64,000 nt of DNA from Oligoflexia bacterium (GTDB lineage: Bacteria; Bdellovibrionota; Bdellovibrionia; Bdellovibrionales; Bdellovibrionaceae): assembly GCA_016861345.1 (NCBI GenBank), contig BOLD01000004.1:146177-210176 (forward strand). Reading direction: 5' to 3'. Positions 20,680-30,703 of this stretch are shown in pieces; the stretch's first letter is position 1; every line of letters starts with the position of its first letter. The position numbers and the translations under genes were made by a program. Below the pieces are notes generated by a model. It worked only from the letters and a program-made list of their open reading frames with translations. It was not told where the DNA came from and did no database searches.

Positions 20680-21517
20680 TAAAACAATTAAGTTCTTTAA
20701 GGACAAGGGAATTGAGACTGCTCGTCTTGATGCTGAGTTGCTATTTGCAAAAGCATTGTCGCTTTCAAGAATCGATCTGTATTTAAAATACGATCAGCCC
20801 GTTTCAGAGAACGAACTGAATATTTGTCGGGACTATGTGAGAAGAAGAGCCCAGGGTGAGCCCGTTGCCTATATCACAAATTCGCGTGGTTTTTTTGGAT
20901 ATGATTTCTATGTTAATTCCTGCGTCTTAATCCCGCGACCAGAAACGGAGCTTTTGGTTGAGACGATACTTGAGTGGACAAAAAAGAATCCGAAAGAATC
21001 TGGGTATGATTTGATCGACCTTGGGACTGGATCGGGATGCATTGGGCTGACACTTGCCAAAAAACTTGCGAATTCGAGAGCAACTCTTGTTGATAGTTCC
21101 GCAGGTGCAATTGAGGTGGCCCAAAAAAATGCGGCTCAGTTGAAAGTAGAAGAGCATTGTGCCTTTGTAATTGAGTCAGTCGGCGCGTCAGTATTTAAGA
21201 ACAAAAAGTTTGATATCATTGTGTCAAACCCGCCCTATATTTCTGAGCTGGATGAAAGCATTCAGCAAAATGTGAAAAAGTATGAACCACATCAGGCCCT
21301 CTTTGCACCAGAGGCAGGACTGTCATTTCTTCGAGAATGGTCTAGTCTTGGAGCGAAGCATTTGTCTCGACCCGCTATTCTGGCGTTTGAAATGGGTTTT
21401 GATCAGGGAAAAGTTATGAAAGATCACTTCCAATCTCTTCAAATTTTTGATGAAGTATTTATTGTAAAAGACTTAGCCGGATTAGATCGGCATATTGTTG
21501 GAGTCGTTCATGGATAG
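20657..21517 (+). CDS. prmC: Release-factor glutamine N5-methyltransferase
   Basis: SAM motif [10 protein letters not shown] and the catalytic NPPY (IVSNPPYI). It overlaps the prfA end. Confidence 0.92.
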   Translation: MKLKEVLDKTIKFFKDKGIETARLDAELLFAKALSLSRIDLYLKYDQPVSENELNICRDYVRRRAQGEPVAYITNSRGFFGYDFYVNSCVLIPRPETELLVETILEWTKKNPKESGYDLIDLGTGSGCIGLTLAKKLANSRATLVDSSAGAIEVAQKNAAQLKVEEHCAFVIESVGASVFKNKKFDIIVSNPPYISELDESIQQNVKKYEPHQALFAPEAGLSFLREWSSLGAKHLSRPAILAFEMGFDQGKVMKDHFQSLQIFDEVFIVKDLAGLDRHIVGVVHG

Positions 21518-22763
21518 AATGGTCATTGAGGGTGGACATCAGCTAAACGGTCACGTGGATGTTGGTGGCGCAAAGAATTCGGCATTGAAACTACTTTTTG
21601 CATCTCTATTGGCAGAAGGGAAACACACATTTCACAACGTGCCCAATTTGGCGGATGTTGGTTCTGCGGCAGTTTTATTAAACTCGTTGGGATGTGAAAC
21701 GCATCGATCAGGAACGACGTTTACAGTGAACGTGAAAAAGCCTCAATCTTTCGAGGCCCACTATGATCTTGTTCGAAAAATGAGAGCGAGCATTCTTTGT
21801 TTGGGACCACTTCTTGCGAAATATGGAGAAGCCGTGGTTTCGTTACCAGGTGGATGCGCCATTGGAACCCGCCCCATTGATTTGCATTTAGAAGGTATGA
21901 AAGCTCTTGGCGCGACGATCACTCTTGAAGAGGGATATGTGAAAGCCCGTGCAAAAAAATTAAAGGGGGCCAATTTTCTATTTGAAACATCAACGGTTGG
22001 TGGAACAGAAAATGTGATGATGGCGGCAACTCTTGCCGAAGGGATAACGGTTCTTGAAAATGCAGCGAAAGAGCCAGAGATTGTCGATTTGGCTGAGTAC
22101 TTAAATAAAATGGGAGCAAAGATTAAGGGCCATGGGACAAGCGTGATCACCATTGAGGGTGTTGAGAAGCTCAAACCTGCGGAGCACACGGTGATGTCTG
22201 ATCGGATTGAGGCCGGCACCCTGCTCATTGCTGGAGCGATGACGGGTGGAGAGGTCACCGTTAACCGAATACACCCTGCGCACATCGAAGCCTTGATTGT
22301 TAAATTAAAAGAGGCAGGGTTTAAAATTTCGCAAACAGACCTGAGTGTCACTGTGCACAGGCAGATTGGGTGGCGGGCTGTTGATATAACAACGAATCCC
22401 TATCCTCTTTTTCCCACGGATATCCAAGCGCAATTTATGGCGCTGATGACAATCGCAGAGGGCACCAGCGTGATTACTGAAACGGTTTTTGAAAATCGCT
22501 TTATGCACGTCCAAGAGCTTTGCCGACTTGGTGCAGATATTACTCCGAAAACTCGAGTTGCAGTTGTGCGGGGAAAACCAGGGGGGCTAATCGCAGCACC
22601 TGTTATGGCCACAGATTTACGCGCCAGTGCGTCTCTTGTTCTGGCAGGATTGGTTGCCAAGGGAGCAACCGTTGTTAATCGGATCTATCATCTTGATCGA
22701 GGATACGAAAATCTTGAAGGAAAGCTGACTCAGCTTGGAGCAAAAATTAAACGAATAGAGTAA
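21510..22763 (+). CDS. murA: UDP-N-acetylglucosamine 1-carboxyvinyltransferase
   Basis: Active-site loop [15 protein letters not shown] and full-length similarity to the MurA pattern. The ATG at 21510 overlaps the prmC stop. Confidence 0.96.
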   Translation: MDRMVIEGGHQLNGHVDVGGAKNSALKLLFASLLAEGKHTFHNVPNLADVGSAAVLLNSLGCETHRSGTTFTVNVKKPQSFEAHYDLVRKMRASILCLGPLLAKYGEAVVSLPGGCAIGTRPIDLHLEGMKALGATITLEEGYVKARAKKLKGANFLFETSTVGGTENVMMAATLAEGITVLENAAKEPEIVDLAEYLNKMGAKIKGHGTSVITIEGVEKLKPAEHTVMSDRIEAGTLLIAGAMTGGEVTVNRIHPAHIEALIVKLKEAGFKISQTDLSVTVHRQIGWRAVDITTNPYPLFPTDIQAQFMALMTIAEGTSVITETVFENRFMHVQELCRLGADITPKTRVAVVRGKPGGLIAAPVMATDLRASASLVLAGLVAKGATVVNRIYHLDRGYENLEGKLTQLGAKIKRIE

Positions 22764-22770
22764 AAAAACA

Positions 22771-22804
22771 AAAGCCTCTTCCGGAGGGGGTTGGTCGAGG
22801 CTTT
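22771..22804. terminator. Hairpin 1 of a twin terminator pair (loop GGAGGGGGTT)
   Basis: AAAGCCTC ... GAGGCTTT stem enclosing CCGGAGGGGGTTGG. An A-run lies upstream and a T-rich stretch downstream, so a U-tract is available on either strand. Confidence 0.65.
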
Positions 22805-22822
22805 GTTAGGAATAAAAAAGAA

Positions 22823-22854
22823 AGTCTCAGCCCGGAGGGGGTTGGGCCGAGACT
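22823..22854. terminator. Hairpin 2 of the twin terminator pair (same loop)
   Basis: AGTCTCAGCCC / GGGCCGAGACT stem (10 of 11 pairs) enclosing GGAGGGGGTT. It is preceded by AATAAAAAAGAAAG, which gives a U-tract for the minus-strand gene. Confidence 0.65.
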
Positions 22855-22868
22855 CTACCGGCGTTTCC

Positions 22869-23267
22869 CTATTGAAGAGATTCGCTAATATCAAAAACTA
22901 TCAGCACAGGCGCGACGATCTTGTTTTCTACAACAACATCATTAAGGAGGGGGTCCAATGCTTGAAGTGTATAAACAGGTCCCACCTTGTGCTTCAATTC
23001 ATATCCAACGACTTGTACAAACTTTCCGTTGTAATCGCTAAGGTCAGCTTGTGACTCAAGCTGAAAATAGGTGTTGTCGTCAATAATCAGGAAAAACTGA
23101 TTATCAACGGTCATCGCGACTTCGCCAACGTAGGTACTTGTCTTGACCTGTCCACCATACTGAATGGGGTAGATGGTCTGAGCGGCTTTTACGGATGCAG
23201 AAAAACCAAGAACAATGAGTACGTAGATTGTAATCAGAATTGTTCGCATTTTTGTTGCCTTATTCAT
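22869..23267 (-). CDS. Small secreted hypothetical protein
   Basis: Signal peptide MRTILITIYVLIVLGFSASVKA. 132 aa, with a beta-rich composition. Confidence 0.65.
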   Translation of the reverse strand: MNKATKMRTILITIYVLIVLGFSASVKAAQTIYPIQYGGQVKTSTYVGEVAMTVDNQFFLIIDDNTYFQLESQADLSDYNGKFVQVVGYELKHKVGPVYTLQALDPLLNDVVVENKIVAPVLIVFDISESLQ

Positions 23268-23476
23268 ATCAACCTCTCGAGGAAGGCATATAGCAATCGA
23301 TGTGCCAAACTTTTTGACAGTCAGGGGGCGACTGGTTTGAATTGAGGACGCTTTTTCAAAATGGAGCCAGTTCCAGTCTGGGTGGGTGGTTCCAGGTTGG
23401 AACTTATCTAGCCTTTAGAAGAGTTCTCCGAAATACCCTGCATTAGAGCCTATAAAACCAGTATAATCAATAAGCT

Positions 23477-26377
23477 ATGTCGAAACAAGGAATGGGGCCC
23501 CGGCGCCCAAATCCCCCAACAGCACAAATCCAATGGATGATCCAAATTGAAGGCGGGCGTCAGGTCGGACCGTTGTCAACAGCCGACGTTCTTCGACGAA
23601 TATCGGAGGGGCTTGTTGGTGGTGAAGAAAAAATCAAAAAACTTCCTGATGGAAAATGGACTTTGATATCCAGGGAGCCTCAGTTTTATGACAGCCTACT
23701 GGCCGCGCTCGAAGAGTCTGCATATAAAGCGAAACCCCAATTCGGTCAGCAAGACAACGAAGAGACAGTGATTCGCCCCAAGAATGGCACAGTTCCCTTG
23801 CCGCAGAAGGAAGAGCTGTCTGCCAATCTTCCTGCAGCACAGATGCCGCCGTCCGAAGATGACGAAAAAACTGCGATAGATGTCTCTCTCACGATTACGG
23901 GAACCGATGAGCTTACAAGAGCGGCTGGTAACGTGCCCGCATATTCATTGGCGGTTCCAGGCAAACAGGAAAAACAATCAGAAATAGGTGAGCCGAAAGA
24001 GAAAGTGGGGAAAATAAATAAGAAAGTGATGATCGTTGCGGGGGCTGTGGTCGGATTTCTTATCCTTGGCCTGCTTTTACCCTCACAGGACGACATGACC
24101 GATCACCCACGGTTGATCATCCCGAAAACGACAACGACGACAAAGTTCAGCGCCGAAGAGCAAAGACAAAGATTGCAAAAAGCCTATGCGGTCTATTTTC
24201 AGGATAGCTTTGAGGGTTATATCGAGGCTCAAGAAAAGCTCGTATCTCTTATTGAGGGCGCACCTCAGTCCGTTGAGCCAAGAGGGCTACTGTGCCTAGT
24301 TTATAAAGAGCTCTGGCCCTTTGTGAAGCAAAACTCAAAGGATATTGAAGCCATCATGCTCTTAAACAAGGCAACGAAAAGTTTAGATCCTGTGGGTCTC
24401 AATGGTGTTTACTGTGAGGTCAGCTATTTGATGGCGCTAGGGAAATATACTGACGCCAGAGGTATTGTTGATAGCATTTTGAATGACCCCAACACGCCGG
24501 CATCAGCAATTCTATATTCACTAAGAGGCGAGCTTTTATACATAGAACGAGAGGCAAAAATGGCCTCTGCGTATATGGAAAAGGCTAGTGAAATTGTTCC
24601 TGATTGGGTAAAGCCGACATATTTAAATGGATTTTACTTGGCTGAGTCTGCCCAACCACAGCAGGCACTTAGCTATCTTGAGAAGGCTCTAAAGCTAAAT
24701 CCAAAGCATAAACTTGCGATGATTGAGCTTGGAAATGTTTTGTACTTCAAACTTGGCCAAGTTGATCCGGCAATTACTCTTTTAAGTGCGGCCGTATCGG
24801 GCAAAGGAAAAATGATCCGATCTCATGAGGCCAAAGCTCATTTTAGTTTGGCGACCATTTATTCAAAGCAGAATCAGATCAAAAAAGCACTTGAGCACGC
24901 GGAAAAGGCGTATCAACTCAATCCCGGCGACATGAGATCAAAAGATCTTCTCATGCAGCTTGGGGGATCTCCACAGCTGAGGGGTAAGGATACAAAAAAT
25001 AACGAGCTTGTCTTTTTGGGAGATCAATACTCAAGGGCAGGAGATTGTTTGTCCGCTCAAGCGGAGTACAAAGCGGCATTTGAACTTGATCCGAACAATG
25101 CCCTTGCGGCAACTAAAGCGGCGAAGTGCCTATGGCAGCTCAGTCAAGCACAAGAGGCCATTTTGTGGCTAAATAAGGCGATCAAAGCAGATCCCAAGCT
25201 TGCGATGGCTTACTACCAGCAGGCAGATTACTATTCTCAAAGATATAATTATCAAACAGCTATGGCCACACTGAATGCGGCGGCGCTAAAAATGCCGAAC
25301 AATCCAGAGATATTAAGAGGATTTGGACTTGTTGAATTTAGAAGAAATAACATTAAAGACGCGCTTGGCTTCCTTGAAAGAGCACACAAGAACTATGAGA
25401 ACGATATTGAAACCTTGATCTTGCTTGCACGAGCAAACGGGGCCGCCGGAGAATTTCAAAAGGCCCAAACCTATGCAATTAAAGCCGTGGAGTTAGATTC
25501 CACGAACAATGAAGCCCATATTGTTTATGCTAAAATATTGATGCAATTTAAAGGATTAAGTTCGGGCATTTATTATATCCAAGAGCTGATTAAGAGATTT
25601 TCATACACGATTGAATTTCGTTTAGCTCTTGCAGAAATGTATCGAGAAGCCGAGAGACACGCGCAGGCGAAAGAGGTTTATGAGCAAGTGCTGGTTGCGG
25701 ATCCAAAAAATAAAGTGGCGATGATTGGCTTAGGAGAAAGCCTGCAGTCTTTAGGTCAGTTTGACCTTGCACTGAAGAGTTATTTTCAAGCAGCAATATT
25801 AGACCCTTCTGACGCTGAGCCCTTATTCAAAGCAGGAATGGTCTACCTTGATTCGGGGAAATACAAAGAGGCTGCGACCCAGTTTGATCGTGCACTCAAA
25901 ATCAATCCACTATTCCCACGAGGCTCTTACTATATGGGAAAGGCTCACTTTTTAAACGGCGACTATGGAAACGCCATTCAATCAGCGATGGCAGAGCGCA
26001 AAGTCAATCCAAAGCTGGCGGATTCCTATATTTTAGCGGCGGAAGTCTATTTTGCGACTCGTGAATATACAAAATGTGCCAACGAATACCAGGCTGCTAT
26101 TACCCTTCGATCACAGGGGGCGGATCTTTATGTGAAGCTGGCGAGATGCCATCGATTGGCGGGCAATGTAGATGTGGCCGAGTCGATGCTCAGTATTGCC
26201 GCCAGCCAAGAGTCTGGTCTTGCTGAAATATACAAGGAGCAGGGAGCTATTTACGAACAAAGGGGTGATTTAAAATCGGCAGCCCACGCCTATAATAAGT
26301 ATCTATCGTTGTCACCAAATGCCCCTGATAAACGGGAAATTGAGTCGCGCATCAATAGACTCGAAGGTGGCAATTAG
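23477..26377 (+). CDS. GYF-like domain / single-pass membrane / multi-TPR repeat protein
   Basis: The N-terminal WMIQIEGGRQVGPLSTADVLRRISEGLV...KKLPDGKWTLI resembles the GYF_2 domain. A TM helix (VMIVAGAVVGFLILGLLL) follows, then many 34-aa TPR-type repeats (A..Y..AL.L.P....A). Confidence 0.85.
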   Translation: MSKQGMGPRRPNPPTAQIQWMIQIEGGRQVGPLSTADVLRRISEGLVGGEEKIKKLPDGKWTLISREPQFYDSLLAALEESAYKAKPQFGQQDNEETVIRPKNGTVPLPQKEELSANLPAAQMPPSEDDEKTAIDVSLTITGTDELTRAAGNVPAYSLAVPGKQEKQSEIGEPKEKVGKINKKVMIVAGAVVGFLILGLLLPSQDDMTDHPRLIIPKTTTTTKFSAEEQRQRLQKAYAVYFQDSFEGYIEAQEKLVSLIEGAPQSVEPRGLLCLVYKELWPFVKQNSKDIEAIMLLNKATKSLDPVGLNGVYCEVSYLMALGKYTDARGIVDSILNDPNTPASAILYSLRGELLYIEREAKMASAYMEKASEIVPDWVKPTYLNGFYLAESAQPQQALSYLEKALKLNPKHKLAMIELGNVLYFKLGQVDPAITLLSAAVSGKGKMIRSHEAKAHFSLATIYSKQNQIKKALEHAEKAYQLNPGDMRSKDLLMQLGGSPQLRGKDTKNNELVFLGDQYSRAGDCLSAQAEYKAAFELDPNNALAATKAAKCLWQLSQAQEAILWLNKAIKADPKLAMAYYQQADYYSQRYNYQTAMATLNAAALKMPNNPEILRGFGLVEFRRNNIKDALGFLERAHKNYENDIETLILLARANGAAGEFQKAQTYAIKAVELDSTNNEAHIVYAKILMQFKGLSSGIYYIQELIKRFSYTIEFRLALAEMYREAERHAQAKEVYEQVLVADPKNKVAMIGLGESLQSLGQFDLALKSYFQAAILDPSDAEPLFKAGMVYLDSGKYKEAATQFDRALKINPLFPRGSYYMGKAHFLNGDYGNAIQSAMAERKVNPKLADSYILAAEVYFATREYTKCANEYQAAITLRSQGADLYVKLARCHRLAGNVDVAESMLSIAASQESGLAEIYKEQGAIYEQRGDLKSAAHAYNKYLSLSPNAPDKREIESRINRLEGGN

Positions 26378-26419
26378 AAGAATTTAAGTGCTACACTGTA
26401 AAAGACATGGAGGATTGTG

Positions 26420-26728
26420 ATGGGAGTTACAGAAAAGCTAGGACAACTAGCGGGGAGTGTTCAGCAGGGGGTGAAAGACACGTCGACTTCACTTTTTTCT
26501 CTTGCGGTGAAAGTGTTAACAGGCTTATTGCTTGGTCTAACTTTTGCTATGATTGGCCAGGAAATTTTAGGGTATGGCTTGCTGTCCTTTCTATTCATGA
26601 TGATCGTCGTCACTGCAGTTATCGTTAAATTGCTCAGAAACTGGACGATCGGAGCAGTGCTTGTTTTTGATCTCATCTGTGTTTTAATTGCTATGCTTCT
26701 TCGAATGTACGTGCTTGTTGCGCCCTGA
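26420..26728 (+). CDS. Small integral membrane protein
   Basis: GGAGG lies 6 nt upstream of the ATG at 26420. Three hydrophobic helices are present. Confidence 0.6.
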   Translation: MGVTEKLGQLAGSVQQGVKDTSTSLFSLAVKVLTGLLLGLTFAMIGQEILGYGLLSFLFMMIVVTAVIVKLLRNWTIGAVLVFDLICVLIAMLLRMYVLVAP

Positions 26729-26736
26729 GGTTTAAA

Positions 26737-28029
26737 ATGATTGATATTAAATTACTTGAAAAAAAAGCTGAAACTGAAACTTCTTATTTCGATGAGTACA
26801 AAAAAAGTCTTCAGAATCGTGGTGCAACGACCGAGGCGCTCGATCAGCTGATGGAGATGAATGCGCAGAGAAAAAAAGCAATCACTGAGGCCGAGCAGGT
26901 TAAGGCCCAGCAGAATAAATTATCTCAAACAGTTGGGCAGCTCAAACGAGAAGGAAAAGACACAAGCGAAATCATGCGCGAATCAACAGCCCTGGGTGAG
27001 CGCGTGCGGGAGCTTGAGCTTAAGGCTAGAGATCTTGATGAAAAAGTTTTTGCTATTTCTTTGACCCTACCGAATAAATGTCACTCAAGCGTTCCTGTTG
27101 GAACTTCTGCGAGCGAAAATAAAGAAATAAAAAAGATGGGAACTCCAACAAAGTTTTCATTTAAAGCAAAAGAACACTGGGAGCTTGGAGAAAAGCTAGG
27201 CATTATCGATTTTGAGCGTGCAGGCAAAGTTACGGGCACTCGCTTTACCTTTTTGAAAGGGAAGGCCGCCCAGCTTGAGCGAGGACTGATTCAGTTCTTT
27301 ATGGATTTGCATTCGCAAGAGCATGGATATCAAGAAATGATTCCACCCTACATCGTGAATTCAGCAAGCTATCAGGGGACAGGGCAATTTCCCAAATTTG
27401 TTGATGATGTTTTTCACCTGCAGGGCACAGATTACCATTTGATATCAACAGCCGAGGTTCCTGTTACAAACTATTATCGTGAAGAAATTCTGAAAGAGGA
27501 GGACCTTCCCCTTCAATTTTGTGCATATTCACCCTGCTTTCGGTCCGAAGCCGGAGCCAGCGGGCGAGACACAAAGGGACTGATTCGCCAGCATCAGTTT
27601 CATAAAGTAGAGCTTTTAATGTTTACTCATCCAAGCCAGTCTTATGAGTTGCACGAAAAACTGACATCTCATGCAGAGCGGGTGTTGGAACTTCTTGAGC
27701 TTCCGTATAAGCGAATGCTGCTTTGTACGGGCGATATGGGCTTTGGAGCTGCGAAGTGCTATGACTTAGAAGTATGGCTTCCTGGGCCGGGTGAGTACCG
27801 CGAAATTAGTTCTTGCTCAAATTTTGAGGACTTTCAGGCCCGACGGGCCAACATCAGATTTAAATCTGGTACAAATAAGCCACAATTCGTACATACATTG
27901 AACGGCAGTGGACTGGCTGTCGGTCGAACTCTCATTGCTATTCTAGAGAACTATCAGAGAGAAGATGGGTCTGTAGCGATTCCAAAAGTGCTTCAAAAAT
28001 ACATGGGCGGAGCATCTGAGATTCGATAA
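26737..28029 (+). CDS. serS: Seryl-tRNA synthetase
   Basis: An N-terminal coiled-coil arm and class II motifs ([37 protein letters not shown]). Confidence 0.96.
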   Translation: MIDIKLLEKKAETETSYFDEYKKSLQNRGATTEALDQLMEMNAQRKKAITEAEQVKAQQNKLSQTVGQLKREGKDTSEIMRESTALGERVRELELKARDLDEKVFAISLTLPNKCHSSVPVGTSASENKEIKKMGTPTKFSFKAKEHWELGEKLGIIDFERAGKVTGTRFTFLKGKAAQLERGLIQFFMDLHSQEHGYQEMIPPYIVNSASYQGTGQFPKFVDDVFHLQGTDYHLISTAEVPVTNYYREEILKEEDLPLQFCAYSPCFRSEAGASGRDTKGLIRQHQFHKVELLMFTHPSQSYELHEKLTSHAERVLELLELPYKRMLLCTGDMGFGAAKCYDLEVWLPGPGEYREISSCSNFEDFQARRANIRFKSGTNKPQFVHTLNGSGLAVGRTLIAILENYQREDGSVAIPKVLQKYMGGASEIR

Positions 28030-28059
28030 TCAATCTTTGCGACGCATAAAACCAAAAAG

Positions 28060-29751
28060 TCATTGAATACCCACTCCAAAACCCATAAAACGGACGACGG
28101 AGCGATGGTAGAGTGGTTGAATACACCAGTCTTGAAAACTGGAAGGCTCGCAAGGGCCTCGCGAGTTCGAATCTCGCTCGCTCCGCCAATTCTGATTTTC
28201 CTTCCAACCGGACAAACGAGCAAACGGACTTTTCAATTGATATTGAAGAGTTAGCCCATCAAGAGTTGGGTTCGAACATACCTTTTTCAAGTATTCGAGC
28301 CGCTCTTCTCGGTTCATTGAAATGTAGAGTTCTTTCGCGTTGATAGCCAGTTCGAACACTTTTTTGACCGATACCATCGCCTCGTCACTGATCGACAGCG
28401 TGAGGCGTTCGATTTCTGATTCATAGTGTTTGCGATCCTCACGAATGCGGTCAATCTGGCGTCGGTATCCAATTTCATCTAACAAGCCACGTTTGAAATC
28501 GTCATACGCGATGTCTTCTTTGCCTTCGAGTCCGCGAAGCTCAACGCGAAAGCCTTCCATTTGTTTTTTGATCGCAGCCTTTTGTTTGTCGTGTGTTTCG
28601 TTGAGAGCACTAGTGATGTCCTGGGCGAACTCCTCAGAAATGGAAAGCGCCGCGACTGCTGGCTCAAGCTGCGCCCATAGCTTATCTTCTGAGACATAGA
28701 CTTTTTTATCATGAATCTTGCGGGAATTTGAACAACGATAGAGATGATACACTTTCACTTCGCCGGTCGATTTCAAGGTCTTTTCCTTTCTCTCATAAGT
28801 GATTTGTCTGCGACATTCTGGATGGTCGCAGACTAACCAACCACGAAATACGTCATCGCCGTTCATTATCGTTTTGCGCTGGATGGACACGTTGCCATCG
28901 TTGATTGCTTTGACGGCCTTGAGGACTTTCGCAGGGATAATTAACTCGTGCTTGCCTTTGTAGTTTTTCGGATCGCCCGTCAGCTTGAATGAGCCCCAGT
29001 AAAACGAGTTCTTGAGTCGTTTCTCAACGGAAGTGCGATTGTAGGTTTTGATTTGGGCGGTGGGTACGAGGTTGTCTTCAAGGTTTTTCTGTCTAATTAC
29101 ATCGTATGAATGGCCCTGAGCGCGTAGCTCAAACTCACGCTGAACGAGTCGCACGTTTGCTGGGTTTGGGTCCACGATAACAGTAGCTGTTCCTTTGATG
29201 GCGTACCCCGACCTATCGACTTCCTTGTGATGGACGTAACCAAGTGGCGTGTGACGATAGGGGAACCAACCTTGTTCTGCCTTGGTTCGGAATGCGTTTC
29301 TTACTCTGGTTCCATTTTCACGGCTGTAGTTTTCATTGATGACACCGGTAATACCGCGCAAAAGCAGATCAGCATCCGACGAGTGTTTCGAGTATGCCTT
29401 CCCGTCCGCAACGTGGTGAACAATGATTTTATCCTGTCGAATTAAGTCGGTGTTCGCTGATAGGTCCTTTGGATTTCGGGCCTCACGACTCGCGTTGTAA
29501 AATAAAATGTGTTTTGCACCCAGCTTCTTTGCCTGTGCCATTAGCGCGTTATACTTGCTTCGCTTCTCAGAGTCATAAGCGGTTTCGATAATCTCCGCGG
29601 GCGTAATCACAAGCTCAAGGCCATGATCTTCCGCATACCTCGTGATCGCCGCGATTTGCGTTTCAGCCGAAGTATTGTCCTTCTGTCCCGCAGAACTTCT
29701 GCGAACAATCGCTACACATTTTTTGATGGGGTCTTCTTTCCACTTTTCCAT
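28060..29751 (-). CDS. Large serine recombinase (integrase)
   Basis: The N-terminal resolvase catalytic domain (VAIVRRSSAGQKD, catalytic Ser) is followed by a recombinase domain, a zinc ribbon (CDHPECRRQ...YRCSN) and a coiled-coil region. AGGAG lies 7 nt before the ATG at 29751. The last ~43 codons overlap tRNA-Ser and its upstream spacer in antisense. Confidence 0.9.
   Translation of the reverse strand: MEKWKEDPIKKCVAIVRRSSAGQKDNTSAETQIAAITRYAEDHGLELVITPAEIIETAYDSEKRSKYNALMAQAKKLGAKHILFYNASREARNPKDLSANTDLIRQDKIIVHHVADGKAYSKHSSDADLLLRGITGVINENYSRENGTRVRNAFRTKAEQGWFPYRHTPLGYVHHKEVDRSGYAIKGTATVIVDPNPANVRLVQREFELRAQGHSYDVIRQKNLEDNLVPTAQIKTYNRTSVEKRLKNSFYWGSFKLTGDPKNYKGKHELIIPAKVLKAVKAINDGNVSIQRKTIMNGDDVFRGWLVCDHPECRRQITYERKEKTLKSTGEVKVYHLYRCSNSRKIHDKKVYVSEDKLWAQLEPAVAALSISEEFAQDITSALNETHDKQKAAIKKQMEGFRVELRGLEGKEDIAYDDFKRGLLDEIGYRRQIDRIREDRKHYESEIERLTLSISDEAMVSVKKVFELAINAKELYISMNREERLEYLKKVCSNPTLDGLTLQYQLKSPFARLSGWKENQNWRSERDSNSRGPCEPSSFQDWCIQPLYHRSVVRFMGFGVGIQ
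28099..28188 (+). tRNA. tRNA-Ser (anticodon UGA), CCA encoded
   Basis: The cloverleaf was read by hand. The acceptor stem is GGAGCGA/TCGCTCC. The anticodon stem is CCAGT/ACTGG with loop CTTGAAA. The long variable arm is GGCTC-GCAA-GGGCC. The T arm is GCGAG-TTCGAAT-CTCGC, followed by discriminator G and CCA. Confidence 0.93.
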
Positions 29752-29779
29752 TTCAATTCTCCTATTTTAGCAAAAATCC

Positions 29780-30301
29780 TTACTCTTTTCCATTTGTTCC
29801 GAGTTCGAACATGTCTACTTCTCCCTCTGGTTCTAATATCTCTTTCTCTGTTTGAGAGTTCGCGACGACGCTTTTTTCACTTTGCCGAAGCAGTAGCCGG
29901 AACAAATCGACTATTTCGTCAAACTCTCCGCGTGAAAGGCTCAGCACATCGCCGTTGGGGAGTTTATACGTTTTGAATATGGGGGGAGTTTCAGAATCGC
30001 CAGTGGGTTTAGTAATCACTTGTGGCGTGTTCCCTGAGCGAAATGCTGCCGAGTTTTGCGATGGTTCCACAAGTGACGACGGAACAGAATACAAAAAAGG
30101 ATCACCTTTTTTTCCAGAGCCACGGAATGCAATAGAGCCTTGCGCTCGAAGCATACGGATAACGTCGATCTTGTCTTTCCTGCGGCCACTAACAGCCGAA
30201 AGTATCGCTGATTCAGATTGAGGCTTGTTGTTCTGGGAAAGAAACTCGACAATTTTCTGTGCGATCTGATCTTGTCGAGAAGTTTCAGGACTTGAGTTCA
30301 T
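29780..30301 (-). CDS. Winged-helix-like protein upstream of the integrase (possible regulator / directionality factor)
   Basis: The segment KIVEFLSQ...ILSAVSGRRKDKIDVIRMLRAQGSIAFRGSGKKGDPFLYSV is paralogous to ORF 40984-41268. The start is uncertain (ATG 30301 or TTG 30331). Confidence 0.55.
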   Translation of the reverse strand: MNSSPETSRQDQIAQKIVEFLSQNNKPQSESAILSAVSGRRKDKIDVIRMLRAQGSIAFRGSGKKGDPFLYSVPSSLVEPSQNSAAFRSGNTPQVITKPTGDSETPPIFKTYKLPNGDVLSLSRGEFDEIVDLFRLLLRQSEKSVVANSQTEKEILEPEGEVDMFELGTNGKE

Positions 30302-30644
30302 CCTGACCGTCCATTCGAGAAACCAGCGCAATGCGCAGGCGGTTACTCAGTTGGAGTCGGGATGCAAATTTGTGGGGCTATCCTTACTCTGAATTCATGT
30401 CGATCCGTCCACAGCGGGGCTTCCAGGCAGTGGTGAAGCCAAGCACGGTCGATCACTTGCGTCTATTGTATCACAAGCCCAACGCAATCCAAAGTGAATC
30501 ATATTTGACTAATTTAGTTCGGGCTAAAGCCATTCCTGTCTTTGTGATATAGATGTACGGGTGATACGAAATCCATTCAGCGCATCGTCTGGCCGGACTT
30601 TAAGCGCATTCAATGATTCCGCACCCTCGAACATTTGATTGAAG

Positions 30645-30699
30645 CCTCCGCTCGTAGATGGGCGAGTGGCCCATCTACACTTGTCCCTATGAGCGGAGG
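30645..30699 (+). promoter_or_regulatory. Nested inverted repeat that would sequester the SD of ORF 30704
   Basis: The outer arms CCTCCGCTC (30645-30653) and GAGCGGAGG (30691-99) are perfectly complementary. So are the inner arms GTAGATGGGC (30654-63) and GCCCATCTAC (30669-78). The 3' outer arm contains the GGAGG SD 5 nt before the ATG at 30704. Confidence 0.6.
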
Positions 30700-30703
30700 T
30701 TTT

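Noticed and set aside
21761-22351. A 196-aa ORF antisense to murA
   Set aside because: It lies entirely inside a confidently identified gene on the other strand. The product is low-complexity and Ser/Pro/Arg-rich.
28235-28251. A 9-mer ATTGATATT shared with 43325-43333 near the two island ends
   Set aside because: A 9-nt match between two AT-rich ~300-bp regions is expected by chance.
30635-30703. A longer TTG-initiated version of ORF 30704
   Set aside because: The extra 23 codons are encoded by the nested palindromes and lack an SD. The ATG at 30704 has GGAGG at the ideal distance.
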